A stretch of 64,000 bases of DNA, taken from an uncultured virus (IMG/VR IMGVR_UViG_3300020183_000051). Taxonomy: Duplodnaviria > Heunggongvirae > Uroviricota > Caudoviricetes. The notes below the pieces were generated by a model. That model was not told where the DNA came from. It saw nothing but the letters and a program-made list of their open reading frames with translations, and ran no database searches. The stretch is from the IMG/VR virus record IMGVR_UViG_3300020183_000051. One strand, given 5' to 3'. The position numbers and the translations under genes were made by a program. This document shows positions 49,501-59,400 of this stretch, piece by piece (positions within the stretch are counted from its first letter, which is position 1; every line of letters starts with the position of its first letter).

Positions 49501-51530
49501 TACGTTGAATCGTTTAATAATTGATCCACGAAATCGGAAGAAGATTTATTTGTTTTAGATTCCGTAAACTTTTTTAAAGTCGAATTATATATAAATTTAT
49601 TTGTATTATAAAGATATGATTCGTATCCATCAAATCCAGAATATATTTCATCGATCTCTTTATTATTGTCTTCAATTTTTTTATGAACGTTAAATTTATC
49701 ATTTACGGATGATCCACTGGAATCTAACGATTTCAATTTTTGATTTTCTTCATCCAACAAAGTTTCTTTTATTATTTTATTTTGAAATATTTTAATACGT
49801 AAATTTGCCGAAGAAAACACCACAAAATTGCTAAAATTTGTATAATCAACATTTATATTTTTAATTTTTTTATCCGCGTTAATTTTATTGTTATCAATTC
49901 TGTTTAATTTTAACTCGTTATTATTAAAATATTGAGAACCGATAGTTCTAGTTGACGGCTCATTTATGTCTATATTAAAATTTGGCCGAGTCAGTTTTAT
50001 AGTTGATTTAATCGAATCAGTTTCAAAATTAATTATTTGAAAGAAGGGGGTATATGAATTATTTGAAATTTCACAAAAATCTCCTGCGTTATAGTTATCT
50101 GGAATAGGATCTTTTAATTTTACTAAAAACTCATCATTTTGAATTTTCGAATTCAAAATAAAAAATAATTCATTTTCTTTAAATTTTATTGTATTTTTTA
50201 GTGGCGATTTAAATTTTGATAAATATTGTAATTCGATTGAATTTATTACATATGTTAAGAATTCTGACATTACAGTTGACACATATCTAAAAGAATCAAC
50301 ATACTGTTGTTTGGATTGTTTTGATATGTTAACATTTGGATTAAAAAATAATAATCTTTTATTACAGGTAAAATTATTAATGTTAGAAAAAATTGTTCGT
50401 GTATAATCAAATGTATTGATAAATTCGTAATTAAATTTGAGATAATTTATTATATAGTCTTTAATACCTAATAATTTTTTTTGTTTTCTTAATGTAGCAT
50501 CATAATAACTTTCTCCATAATAGATCGAACGTAGTATTCCCATTACACCATCATCGTCGACTAAGGAAAATAAAAATTTCAAAGAATTTATCTCAGTTTC
50601 ATAGTTGTCTTTTGTTTTTGAAAAAATCTCTGATAAACTAAATGAATTCAAATAATATTCAAACTCGCTGCATAATTTTTTATTTATAAAACTTTTTTGT
50701 TCTAACGCTAAAAATTCGGTATTTAATTTAAAAATTTTACTATCAACTTCTCCTTCAAACTGTATAATGGCGTTATTATCTTTAAAATTTCTATTGTATA
50801 CAAATAAAGTGTTGGGAATATCTTCCGTAGCGTCTAAAATAATTTGTTTTGTGGATTGTTTATATAATATATTTTTAACATAATCTGAACCACCACTAAA
50901 AAATTTTCCATCTTTAGTTTTACTAAATCTAACTATATTTATATCTTGATTAGTAAAATTTAAGTTATAAACGGTTCCTTTTTTTATTTTTATCTCTTGA
51001 TTACCATTAAGCAATATTTGATTACCATTAAACGTAACAGATATATCATTTATCACACTTTCATCTGCGAAGTTTTTTATGAATTTTATTTCTTTTCTAG
51101 AATTACTTATTTCTTTGATGATTAATGGATTTTTTTGAGAAAAAAACGGAGACGTCGGCGTAATCGATAGATAAAAATTATTATTTGTAACAGACTGTGA
51201 ATCTATAATATCTTCTATCGAAATCAATATATTTTTGTTTAAATCTTGAATTAAATTTGATTTGATGGGAAAATAATAATCCTTAAATATATTTCCATCG
51301 ACGTCTTCATAATCATAATATACCTTTAAGTTAGATGACGATCCCGTTATTTCTCCTGAAGAAATCAACTGTTTTTGAGAATCAAAAATGCCCACCGAAA
51401 TTAAATCCGTGTCTTGTTCTCCAAAGAAGTATTCCCTAGAAGAACTCAGAGATAACAATTCCGAATCTTTTAGAGATAAAAAACTTATCTGATTGATTTT
51501 ATCGGATGACTGTGTAATAATACTCAACAT
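46587..51530 (-). CDS. Large baseplate wedge protein (gp7 / P2 gpI-like region)
   Basis: WKRILNNLPSIYKTKGTEECLRQIFSIYGIP motif; position in the baseplate cluster. Confidence 0.6.
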   Translation of the reverse strand: MLSIITQSSDKINQISFLSLKDSELLSLSSSREYFFGEQDTDLISVGIFDSQKQLISSGEITGSSSNLKVYYDYEDVDGNIFKDYYFPIKSNLIQDLNKNILISIEDIIDSQSVTNNNFYLSITPTSPFFSQKNPLIIKEISNSRKEIKFIKNFADESVINDISVTFNGNQILLNGNQEIKIKKGTVYNLNFTNQDINIVRFSKTKDGKFFSGGSDYVKNILYKQSTKQIILDATEDIPNTLFVYNRNFKDNNAIIQFEGEVDSKIFKLNTEFLALEQKSFINKKLCSEFEYYLNSFSLSEIFSKTKDNYETEINSLKFLFSLVDDDGVMGILRSIYYGESYYDATLRKQKKLLGIKDYIINYLKFNYEFINTFDYTRTIFSNINNFTCNKRLLFFNPNVNISKQSKQQYVDSFRYVSTVMSEFLTYVINSIELQYLSKFKSPLKNTIKFKENELFFILNSKIQNDEFLVKLKDPIPDNYNAGDFCEISNNSYTPFFQIINFETDSIKSTIKLTRPNFNIDINEPSTRTIGSQYFNNNELKLNRIDNNKINADKKIKNINVDYTNFSNFVVFSSANLRIKIFQNKIIKETLLDEENQKLKSLDSSGSSVNDKFNVHKKIEDNNKEIDEIYSGFDGYESYLYNTNKFIYNSTLKKFTESKTNKSSSDFVDQLLNDSTYYDKNNRDSLINNTPEYVYLNENNDEYLKFLSMIGHTFDNIYLYISSIGIYKKVGEDYSTGISSDFINHILSSFGFDTPPNVSGILENASIEECYLDKFKKADLKNSISLDKKTKIIWKRILNNLPSIYKTKGTEECLRQIFSIYGIPNNMILVKEFGGGYTKNEISSSYLVDEKEYLLEFVGGDDEYVEIKNLTPYKSIDFKLFIDKEKYKNLNRLIVPIHGTFNDLGDPVYSLGFIKFTEKLGSLYFIIKNENFLPVVYITSPFYMFNGEVMNILLRKNEASKKFEHPIDENILPIQYDIVIHQNEFCVDPIDKKFSFYLSGSYNEKFNSLGAITAFGNPNEKIDLISELSNIPIVSREAILQGVISESFGNVGDITDLVTEFDYNDFFRFTELQQYSLSKFYGCLDKITIQKTPISDENFYTKCKNFNSYYQGQPSSSYDDILFRFNLGVPIDIISGSFLEDGYKVNNVNPRYNNIYAAVHNVVGNNYYNRFNTSSCVSESYSIFPHQTREFNIRNEYFTAEIGPSRFENDKVNKSVRYTYDGTLSPLKSQTYKNKNEYYVDTNKIGVFLSPIHERNKSILDFFGNYEIVSSISDPRERFGRKYLGLEKLREYYYGENYINKILFNELFTIYKTYVDGSIFDTLKNLLPARNKVYTGLLIEPTILERNRIEEKPVNITNLHVLTASIQLSNILGDVDSSTISYLTNSIVDLKLYKNSFVFGDYSFEGYKSITDVPDLYMNNIFVDHNGLADVDGKKYFAYSKINKKTVTYSSDNITSSNVTKDFISVELINSGSSFTTSSAHNILSDLRNFPHISRKNLSLRKELYYVTGSLADVDLPPSYFGKGRQNRFTTINESGNDNREPIIRIDTSQAVIGTPITSSISRLQLLPWFGNLRKLPRFASPYLGSVIDIETKNRFNTAKLYISSGEIILNGSQLINENSTTTIKQYTKYRIPEDFQPNVLFGGRGL

Positions 51531-51566
51531 ATTAATAACTATTAAATATATTTAATATTTTTGGTA

Positions 51567-52040
51567 TTATTCTGGAGTTTCTAAAGAAACATACGGAAAA
51601 TCTTCGCTAAAATCCGTTGCACTTTTACCTTCGCCGTTTAAAATTCTTAATTCAATTATAACATCTTTTATAGCTAGTTTTTCTGCGTTTTTTGCATCTT
51701 TTTCCGCCGTCGATTGATTTGCAACTTCTAATTGGGTTTGTAAGTCCACAACCTGATTTTCCAAATCAGTAATTTTTTCATTTTGGGCAGCTAAAGTAGT
51801 GTTCGATGAATCTGTTTGTTCACGTGTGACAAATTCTTCAAATTCTATAGGAAAAAATTTCAATATTTTTTTGTTATCATATTCTAAATTTTTTATGTCC
51901 ACTTTCAGAAACTGTTGGTTTAATTTTGAGGAGTTAGATTTAAAAAATAAATTATCCACAGAATTAAAACTATGCGTATAATTCAATAATCCGTTTCTAA
52001 ACGTTTGAATATCGTTTCCAAATTTATTTATATCGGCCAT
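51567..52040 (-). CDS. Hypothetical coiled-coil virion protein
   Basis: 157-aa ORF in the baseplate operon. Confidence 0.6.
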   Translation of the reverse strand: MADINKFGNDIQTFRNGLLNYTHSFNSVDNLFFKSNSSKLNQQFLKVDIKNLEYDNKKILKFFPIEFEEFVTREQTDSSNTTLAAQNEKITDLENQVVDLQTQLEVANQSTAEKDAKNAEKLAIKDVIIELRILNGEGKSATDFSEDFPYVSLETPE

Positions 52041-52041
52041 A

Positions 52042-53283
52042 TCATCTCACAATTTTAAAAATGTCTCCGTTATCGAATATCTGAATCGATCCGTCAGAAA
52101 GTTCAGTTTTTATTAATATTCTGTAATATCTTTCTTGCGGAAGTCCCGTGGTATCTAAGTAAAAATAATTTCCATTTTCGTCGCAACTTAACTTAGTATA
52201 AGTATCAAAATCAATAATTGATTCTTCGCTTTCATTATCTTTTATAGAATAGAAGCTAGATGTCGGTAAATATTTTGGTGTTAAATATGAAGTTTGAAAA
52301 GAAGTAAATTGTTTTTTTGGATTTTGTTCACGTGCAAAAACGGTAAATTTCACTTTTGATCCGCCTTTATATTCTTTTCTTAATCCTTTTATTGAAACCG
52401 AAATTCCCAAGCTAGATGTGATAGGAGATAAACTACCTGTGTCAAAAGTAAAATCCGACCATTGGACGTCTATGTATGGAGAGTATATCGTATTACTTTC
52501 TCTGCTAAAAAACTTTAAATTGCTAGTTGCTTTGGGGTTTAGCTCATCCGAAGTTAAAATTATAAGTCCCTCATTAGGTATACATCCACATATCCACGCT
52601 TGACATATTTTTGTTATATCCAATTGAATATCAGATTTTGAATATTCAAATGACTGTGTACAAATATAACTAGCTCCAGAAATATTTGCACAAAAACTTT
52701 GTGAATTATTAACTATGTCGGTGGGCGCAGAATAATACCATGTTCCACCACCTTTAGTAAATGGTGCGGTAGAAGCGGAGTTTAAATAATCTATTCCCGA
52801 AATATCCGACTCCATATCAATATTTGAATACCAAACACTTGAAGTGTCCGGATATTTTCTATATTTCCAATTGACTCCTGAATTTCCACCGCCTGCCGCA
52901 AAAGTGCCTATTCCCATATCCCAACTTTGACTTATAGGGAACGCATAGATTTTATAATCCAACGGAACCTCCGTAGATTCAATAGTTTTTAAATTTAAAA
53001 TAAATCGAGGGTTAGATATATATCCTGAAGAAATAGAAGCACTTATAGAACTTAAATCAAATTTTAAAATAGACCTTTTTAAAAAAGATTTAAAACTTGT
53101 CAAATATCTGTTTACAACTTCATAATAAGTTCCTGAAATATATCCTGTAAGAATTCCTGAAAAATTTACTAAACTTCCAGTGTATCCACACGCAGAACCT
53201 GTAAAAGAACCTGATAAAGTTCCTGAAACACACGCACTTCCTGTCACGCCTGTAAAACTATCTACTGTAAAAGTTAATGCCAT
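52042..53283 (-). CDS. Baseplate-associated protein with DNRLRE/CBM96-like beta-sandwich
   Basis: RSILKFDLSSI...AFPISQSW...LDITKI..W...NEGLII...FFSRE...PYIDVQW. Confidence 0.55.
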   Translation of the reverse strand: MALTFTVDSFTGVTGSACVSGTLSGSFTGSACGYTGSLVNFSGILTGYISGTYYEVVNRYLTSFKSFLKRSILKFDLSSISASISSGYISNPRFILNLKTIESTEVPLDYKIYAFPISQSWDMGIGTFAAGGGNSGVNWKYRKYPDTSSVWYSNIDMESDISGIDYLNSASTAPFTKGGGTWYYSAPTDIVNNSQSFCANISGASYICTQSFEYSKSDIQLDITKICQAWICGCIPNEGLIILTSDELNPKATSNLKFFSRESNTIYSPYIDVQWSDFTFDTGSLSPITSSLGISVSIKGLRKEYKGGSKVKFTVFAREQNPKKQFTSFQTSYLTPKYLPTSSFYSIKDNESEESIIDFDTYTKLSCDENGNYFYLDTTGLPQERYYRILIKTELSDGSIQIFDNGDIFKIVR

Positions 53284-53312
53284 ATTTATAAGTATAAAAT
53301 TTAATCTATATT

Positions 53313-53696
53313 TTATTGAAAATAATAGAAGTCCTCAGGACCAGTAAGTATAATTATATTACCATTTTCATCGACAATAATATTTCCATTATCGTCAACC
53401 GAATTAACCGGCTCACAAATTCCGCCGGGTTGATTGATAGATACACAATTTATTATACCACTTACGGAACCAGACGCACAGTGAATACTTCCTGTAAAAT
53501 TTCCAGTAAAATTGATTAAATTTTCTGAAATTAATTTATTTGAAAAAATTGATTGTAAATTAGACTTTTCATAATTAAAATCCAATTTGCTTACCGCTCC
53601 AATTTCCAAAAATTTATCCAATGAAAAGTTTTTATCAAACAAAACTTCATCGTTTAATATAAGCGTGTCTTTTTTACAAAAAATAAAATGGTGCAT
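53313..53696 (-). CDS. Small virion protein, paralog of 53701..53988
   Basis: Start MHHFIFCKKDT...KNFSLDKFLEI. Confidence 0.6.
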   Translation of the reverse strand: MHHFIFCKKDTLILNDEVLFDKNFSLDKFLEIGAVSKLDFNYEKSNLQSIFSNKLISENLINFTGNFTGSIHCASGSVSGIINCVSINQPGGICEPVNSVDDNGNIIVDENGNIIILTGPEDFYYFQ

Positions 53697-53700
53697 ATAT

Positions 53701-53988
53701 TTAACACGTATGAACATCCTCTATATACATCCCACTGCCAGATACACTTCCAGAAACAAATCCGGATCCTGTAATACATCCGTTAATGTATCCATAAAAA
53801 TTTAAAACAGAAAGTCCTATTCGTTCTCGCGTAGAAGATATTTGTGCTGAAGAGGTATATACAAATGTTCTAATAGGTCTATGAACAGATTCAACTTCTA
53901 AAATCTCGTCTCGACCAAAATTTTTCAAGATATAATCCCCATCATTCCAAATAAAAAAGTCTGAAGAACAATGTATAAATTTATGCAT
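53701..53988 (-). CDS. Small virion protein
   Basis: MHKFIHCSSD...KNFGRDEILEV; TAATG coupling to gp6. Confidence 0.6.
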   Translation of the reverse strand: MHKFIHCSSDFFIWNDGDYILKNFGRDEILEVESVHRPIRTFVYTSSAQISSTRERIGLSVLNFYGYINGCITGSGFVSGSVSGSGMYIEDVHTC

Positions 53989-55952
53989 TATAATGTCCTT
54001 CCCTTGATATCTATGTCTGGATTTTTAATCTCAAAAATAGCAGGATCAATAGGAGGATATATTATTTTATTTTTAGTGGCGGATTTCAAATCGTATTCAC
54101 AAATTGAATAACCAGAATCGATTATATTAACAATCTCTATATCTGCCACAGATTGAACTCCTTCTATTTTTGCAATTTCCAACTCCAACTGATTTATATT
54201 TATTGGTTGAGAAATTTGCCACAAATCAATATTAAAAAAATTCTTTATTGCATCGATACAGTTATTTAATACTTCTTTTTTATTATAATTAGAATATGTT
54301 AACAATGTAAAATTTACTCCTATATTAATAATAAACGCGTCGATAATATTAATTCTATCAGATAACATTCTATATCTAGATAGATAATTTCTAAGATTGT
54401 ATGTCAGTGCTTCATTTGCTACTTCTAAGTTTTTATTTTCATTATATGTTAATACATATAAATTTATAGCATTCGGATTAACACCATCTAAATTAATTTT
54501 TCTAAAATCTTTATTTTTTTCGTCGACAATTATGTTATTATTTTTGTCTATTAATCCTGTAATAAAAGATGTATTATTAGTATATAAATCGTTTTCCGTT
54601 GTAACATATGCTTTAGCAATTTTTCCATACTCAGGCGACATACTAAAAACTCTAGCAATATAGTCTTCTTTAGTAACTATTCTATCTTGTGCAGCAAAAT
54701 TAAAAATGGCATTATTTTTTATTTCTTCTATAGTTTCGGGTCCAGAACCTCCTATAGCAGAAATTGAATTTTCAACTTTTAAACTATTTTTTATAGTGCC
54801 TATTAATGCCGCTTCGGTCGGTAAATATTCATGTAAATCTATAAATTCTATTTTACTTACTTTTGTAATATCGCCGACGTTTACATTAGATTCTATTCCA
54901 CCCCCAACAACATATGTTATTTCTAACGTAGTGTTAAACGGCGACAATCCGTATGCATTAGACTTCAAAAAAGAAGTAGGGTCTAGTGTCAAATTATATT
55001 TACTTATATTTGAAAAACCAACTCCTATGTTGTCGGAATTTGGCACCAAAAGTTCTTCTTCTATACTATCTGTAGATGGACCAAATTGTAAAAACGTTTT
55101 ATTGTTTTCATCTACATTCACTGTAAATCTTCTATTGGTCCGTAAGAATCTTATAATATTAGGAACGGTAGATTTAAACTTTGAAAATTTTTCAAAATCG
55201 TATTGGTTATTTTCAACCGATAACGAAATTAAATCCTGAGCCAGATAATCTACTTGATACCACGTATTATTATCCGCATCTTTTACATTTAAAATTTTAA
55301 TAATATTATTCTCAGTGAATTCAATTCTTAAATTTGGTTCGTCAGATCCCACTATAACAGATTTAGTTATTTTTTTACCACTATAAGCTTGAACAGACTT
55401 TTTTAATAAATAAAATTCAGGCTCACCGACATCATTTCTAGAAAATACTTCATCGGTTCTAGGAAAAAGTTCACTTTTTAAAGAAAAATTCACCTCGTCG
55501 GTTGTTAAAAATGAAACTCCTGTCGAAGAAACAACCTCCATTCCCTCCGAAATACTTACCATGTATCTTTCGTCGGGCGAAAACTTTCCGTCCAAATTTC
55601 TTTTGGCTGGAGCGATCATGTATAAATCTAAAGTAGTAATTGATGGTTTAGATGGTTTTGTAGTATATCCTAAATATTTTGCCAAATTTATTACATTCTT
55701 TCGTTCTTCTGAAAATTCTATAAGTCCTTCTTTGAACTGATAATCAATATAAAAAGAAAGAACGTCTCCGACATATGATGCCATGTCTATAAACATCATT
55801 CCAGGAGAAGCTTCACTAAAATCTTTATACGATTTAGGATAATATTGTTTTGCAAAATTTATTAAATTTTGTTTAATTTGATTAAAATCTCGACCGAGAT
55901 ATTTTACTTCTCTTGCCTGAGGTTTAAAATTTTTATCTAATATAGTTGCCAT
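53988..55952 (-). CDS. gp6: Baseplate wedge protein (gp6 / baseplate J-like)
   Basis: YLGRDF..IK..L; MASYVGDVLSFY; LAKYLGY; GGSGPETIEEIK...AQDRIVTKEDY. Confidence 0.85.
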   Translation of the reverse strand: MATILDKNFKPQAREVKYLGRDFNQIKQNLINFAKQYYPKSYKDFSEASPGMMFIDMASYVGDVLSFYIDYQFKEGLIEFSEERKNVINLAKYLGYTTKPSKPSITTLDLYMIAPAKRNLDGKFSPDERYMVSISEGMEVVSSTGVSFLTTDEVNFSLKSELFPRTDEVFSRNDVGEPEFYLLKKSVQAYSGKKITKSVIVGSDEPNLRIEFTENNIIKILNVKDADNNTWYQVDYLAQDLISLSVENNQYDFEKFSKFKSTVPNIIRFLRTNRRFTVNVDENNKTFLQFGPSTDSIEEELLVPNSDNIGVGFSNISKYNLTLDPTSFLKSNAYGLSPFNTTLEITYVVGGGIESNVNVGDITKVSKIEFIDLHEYLPTEAALIGTIKNSLKVENSISAIGGSGPETIEEIKNNAIFNFAAQDRIVTKEDYIARVFSMSPEYGKIAKAYVTTENDLYTNNTSFITGLIDKNNNIIVDEKNKDFRKINLDGVNPNAINLYVLTYNENKNLEVANEALTYNLRNYLSRYRMLSDRINIIDAFIINIGVNFTLLTYSNYNKKEVLNNCIDAIKNFFNIDLWQISQPININQLELEIAKIEGVQSVADIEIVNIIDSGYSICEYDLKSATKNKIIYPPIDPAIFEIKNPDIDIKGRTL

Positions 55953-55954
55953 AA

Positions 55955-56368
55955 TTAAATTCTATTAGATTGTAATTCCAACACTAAATTATCCGATTCA
56001 TTAGTTTTATTTATAATAAAATCTAAAGAAATGTATATTTTATATCCGTCAGTATTTTCCCTATCAGATTTGTCAGAAATTATAATTTTCTCTATCGTGA
56101 CCTCTGGTACCCAATATTTTATTTCTTCATTTATTATATTTTTTGTTATTTCGATTGTAGTTTCATCAATTTGTTCAAATGCTACATCATATAATTTAGT
56201 GCCGAATTGAGGAAACATTCGTCTTTCTCCTTTTTTAGTTTTTAAAAAATTTAAAAGATTTTGTTTTACTTGACTGTTAGTATCGAACGTTTGTTGAAAA
56301 TAACCATTATTACCTCTTGTAAAAGGCACTTCTAATCCGATAGGAGAATATGAGGAAGTTATAGTCAT
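55955..56368 (-). CDS. gp25: Baseplate wedge / sheath initiator (gp25-like)
   Basis: VKQNLLNFLKTKKGERRMFPQFG...WVPEV. Confidence 0.88.
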   Translation of the reverse strand: MTITSSYSPIGLEVPFTRGNNGYFQQTFDTNSQVKQNLLNFLKTKKGERRMFPQFGTKLYDVAFEQIDETTIEITKNIINEEIKYWVPEVTIEKIIISDKSDRENTDGYKIYISLDFIINKTNESDNLVLELQSNRI

Positions 56369-56776
56369 TTATAATCTTTTTTCTTTGACTTTCTCATCTA
56401 CAGCTTTTAACAAAGAAGAGTAATTTTTTGTAAAAACAGAAGACAACGTATCAGGCAAGTTTTCAGTATTATTTAAGACTGACGGCGTGGAATTTGTTAT
56501 GGGAGATATTTCATTATCGTTAGGAATTTTGACAACCGTTTCATTCAAAATATCATTCAACACCGAATTATTTTTGATATACGTCTTTTTTTCTAAATTT
56601 GTCTTTGTTTCTTTTACACCTTTTGAAGCATCTAATATCTTTTTAAGACTTCCCTCGTTATTTTTAGGTAAAGATAGGTTTCTTGAAAAGAACTCATTTA
56701 GTATTTGCGGCAATACAACTTTTAATTCCTCATTTACAGTTTCTTTTATCATTTTCTTAAATGTCTCAGTATTCAT
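56369..56776 (-). CDS. Hypothetical late protein
   Basis: MIKETVNEEL...ILNET...KNYSSLLKAVD; TATTTATA upstream. Confidence 0.65.
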   Translation of the reverse strand: MNTETFKKMIKETVNEELKVVLPQILNEFFSRNLSLPKNNEGSLKKILDASKGVKETKTNLEKKTYIKNNSVLNDILNETVVKIPNDNEISPITNSTPSVLNNTENLPDTLSSVFTKNYSSLLKAVDEKVKEKRL

Positions 56777-56809
56777 ATATTATAAATATAAACTTATTTA
56801 AATAAACTA

Positions 56810-57631
56810 TTAAACAATTCTAGAGATGTTCGGAACCGAAGGCAAACTCGGAACCGAAGGCAAACTCGGAACCGAAGGCAAACTCGGAACCGAAGGCAAA
56901 CTCGGAACCGAAGGCAAACTCGGAACCGAAGGCAAGCTCGGAAGCGAAGGCAAGCTCGGAAGCGAAGGCAAGCTAGAGTTTAATTTAAAATTGTTAATCA
57001 TTTTAGGAATTTTAGATTTTAAATTTGAAGCTATCGTATTTTTCATTTTATTAAAGTTTGGCAAGTTGACTTTTGGTATCGGCGGTAAACTTGGTATCGG
57101 CGGTAAACTTGGTATCGGCGGTAAACTTGGTATCGATGGTAAACCTGGTATCGATGGTAAACCTGGTATCGATGGTAAACTTGGTATCGATGGTAAATTT
57201 GGTATTGAAGGTAGTTTGGGTATAGATAATTTCAAAACTGGTAACTTTGCCGATAATTTTGGCAACGTAAAAGATGGCAATCGTGGAATTGGAGATTTTA
57301 TAGAAACACTAGGTAATGAATTTAAAAGTTTAGATACGTTGGGTATTTTTATTTTAGAAATATCAATTTTATCTGCTATAGATTTGAGATTGCCTGATAT
57401 GTTAGGAACCTTAAATTCGGGTATCGATGGCAAACTTGGTATCGATGGTAAACTTGGTATCGATGGTAAACTTGGTATCGATGGCAAACTTGGTATCGAT
57501 GGTAAACTTGGTATCGATGGTAAACTTGGTATCGATGGTAAACTTGGTATCGATGGTAAACTTGGTATCGATGGTAAACTTGGTATCGATGGTAAACTTG
57601 GCGTTGATGGTAAATTTGTATATGTAGGCAT
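56810..57631 (-). CDS. Proline-rich (PSL/PSI/PSV)n protein
   Basis: ATG just after the gp5-like stop; three P-x-x repeat blocks. Confidence 0.6.
   Translation of the reverse strand: MPTYTNLPSTPSLPSIPSLPSIPSLPSIPSLPSIPSLPSIPSLPSIPSLPSIPSLPSIPSLPSIPSLPSIPEFKVPNISGNLKSIADKIDISKIKIPNVSKLLNSLPSVSIKSPIPRLPSFTLPKLSAKLPVLKLSIPKLPSIPNLPSIPSLPSIPGLPSIPGLPSIPSLPPIPSLPPIPSLPPIPKVNLPNFNKMKNTIASNLKSKIPKMINNFKLNSSLPSLPSLPSLPSLPSVPSLPSVPSLPSVPSLPSVPSLPSVPSLPSVPNISRIV
56828..57615. repeat. Three 18-bp tandem repeat arrays
   Basis: cggaaccgaaggcaaact (~56828-56975); ggtatcgatggtaaactt-type (~57073-57220 and ~57419-57615). Confidence 0.92.
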
Positions 57632-57636
57632 ATTTT

Positions 57637-59400
57637 TTATTCTGCTAAAGATTGATCTATTACGTCAGACAATAAAACGGTCAATTCGGCAGGAGATAAT
57701 GTCTCTCCAAATTCCTCTAATATATCGTTCATAGAAGACTCTATTTGAGATTCTGCTGCACTCACAGTTTCGTCATCAAATACAGCATCTAATCTTCTGC
57801 TACGACCTGTCCAACCGCCAGGAATTCCTGAAACCCCGATCTCACTGTCAATATTTTCTATTGAAACAGGATTTACTCCATCGGTTATAGACTTTCCATT
57901 TGCTCCTGTCGCATATCCACCTCCTGTTAAAAATACTCTTCGGCTTAAACAGGTATGTAATCGATCACGCAACGCACGGAGTTCTGTTAATTGAACAGGA
58001 ACTTGAGTGTCTGATGGAGACGCTTCACCAGAATGAGAATGCGAATGTTCATAGTGATGAACGTGTTCTTCTAACCAACAACATAAATCATATAACCAAT
58101 CCACCGTTGTTTGACCTAATAACGCTGGTTCATTGGTATTATTATATTCGCCTAAATAAATCGCGGGCGAATTTATCACAGTTTTTTGATTTGTAGTCAA
58201 TACAATTTGATCGTGCGCGTCCACGGTGTATTCACTATCCGTGGTTATCATATATCTTTTCTTTGAAAAATGCATGGTTTCGTTAAACCTAGAAGCAAAA
58301 ATTAATCTATCACTATGAATCACAATTTGATCTTTATTAAAGACCGGAGTTTTAAATTTTGTAGCTTCCGACGGAATAAACTTTAACTGTTCTTCTTGTT
58401 TATCTGTTGAAAAATATTTTTTATAACAAGTGGTTCTAAACTTTGAAACAGTAAGTCCGCTAGTTATATGAATTGATGAACCATCGTTATTAATATCTTC
58501 AATCATGTATCCGCCCACATTTTTTTCATTTAATGAAGAAGAAATATCCGATATGGTATTTAAAAGTGGATGCAACGTCTGTTTTTTATCTTGCGTTAAT
58601 GGACGTTGACGATTTCGGATTAATATCATCGGATTTCCGCCACCATGTGTATCTTTACCACTTTTGTAATCAGTATAGTTTCCCTTGTCATTGCTTCTGT
58701 TATCATCATAAGATCCCATCCTGATGCTTTGTCCAAATCTACTTTCAAATACACTGTCACCCTCGAATCTTCTTAAATTTCTTATTCTTGAATTAAACCA
58801 AAAATAATTACCTAAAATTCCGTTAAAACTGTTCTGATTAGAATTTTTAGTAGAATCTAGCTTTGATTCTGGTCCGGTTAACGTCACTTCTTCGTAAGAC
58901 GTATTTCTAGATCTTTTTCCGTAAGTTTGTTCATATCTAAAATCCGCAGATGTATTAGAAAAATTTCTAGTATTTACTTTATTAGTATAATAATAAGTGT
59001 CAAATATTTTTACGACGTGTACTATTTCATTTAGAAGTGGAAATGTAGAAAATGAATTGTCTAACGGACAGGCCCAAATTAATTCAGATTGATCTTTTTT
59101 TTGTTGAGAATAACACAATCTTACTAAAACGCTGCCAATAACAAAATAAGAGTTATCTGTAGTTTTTGCTTCTTCTCCATTATAATTAATAGGACGATCT
59201 TGTGGATCGTTCATTTTTCCCATTTTTTCATTTTTAAACTTGGGATGAGAATCGTTTAAAAGAACATCTAATACCAAACCCGGTTCAAACTGATAACTAA
59301 AAACATTTTCAACAAGATTTTTAGCATCTCTACGAGTATACAATAAGTTATAATCTTCGTTTGCCGTATTAACTACGTTATTATTTACAGTATAACTCAT
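57637..59400 (-). CDS. Baseplate hub / central spike (gp5/gpV-like)
   Basis: OB-fold-like ACPL...FPLLNEIVHVV; FEGD..FESRFGQSIRMG; beta-helix-like QIVIHSDRLIF; His-rich HVHHYEHSHSH tip; upstream of gp25. Confidence 0.6.
   Translation of the reverse strand: MSYTVNNNVVNTANEDYNLLYTRRDAKNLVENVFSYQFEPGLVLDVLLNDSHPKFKNEKMGKMNDPQDRPINYNGEEAKTTDNSYFVIGSVLVRLCYSQQKKDQSELIWACPLDNSFSTFPLLNEIVHVVKIFDTYYYTNKVNTRNFSNTSADFRYEQTYGKRSRNTSYEEVTLTGPESKLDSTKNSNQNSFNGILGNYFWFNSRIRNLRRFEGDSVFESRFGQSIRMGSYDDNRSNDKGNYTDYKSGKDTHGGGNPMILIRNRQRPLTQDKKQTLHPLLNTISDISSSLNEKNVGGYMIEDINNDGSSIHITSGLTVSKFRTTCYKKYFSTDKQEEQLKFIPSEATKFKTPVFNKDQIVIHSDRLIFASRFNETMHFSKKRYMITTDSEYTVDAHDQIVLTTNQKTVINSPAIYLGEYNNTNEPALLGQTTVDWLYDLCCWLEEHVHHYEHSHSHSGEASPSDTQVPVQLTELRALRDRLHTCLSRRVFLTGGGYATGANGKSITDGVNPVSIENIDSEIGVSGIPGGWTGRSRRLDAVFDDETVSAAESQIESSMNDILEEFGETLSPAELTVLLSDVIDQSLAE

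Noticed and set aside
56826..57734. Plus-strand collagen-like (GID-GKL)n ORF, 302 aa
   Set aside because: Gly periodicity mirrors the Pro codons on the minus strand, it opposes the operon direction and it overlaps the gp5-like gene. Not strictly excluded.
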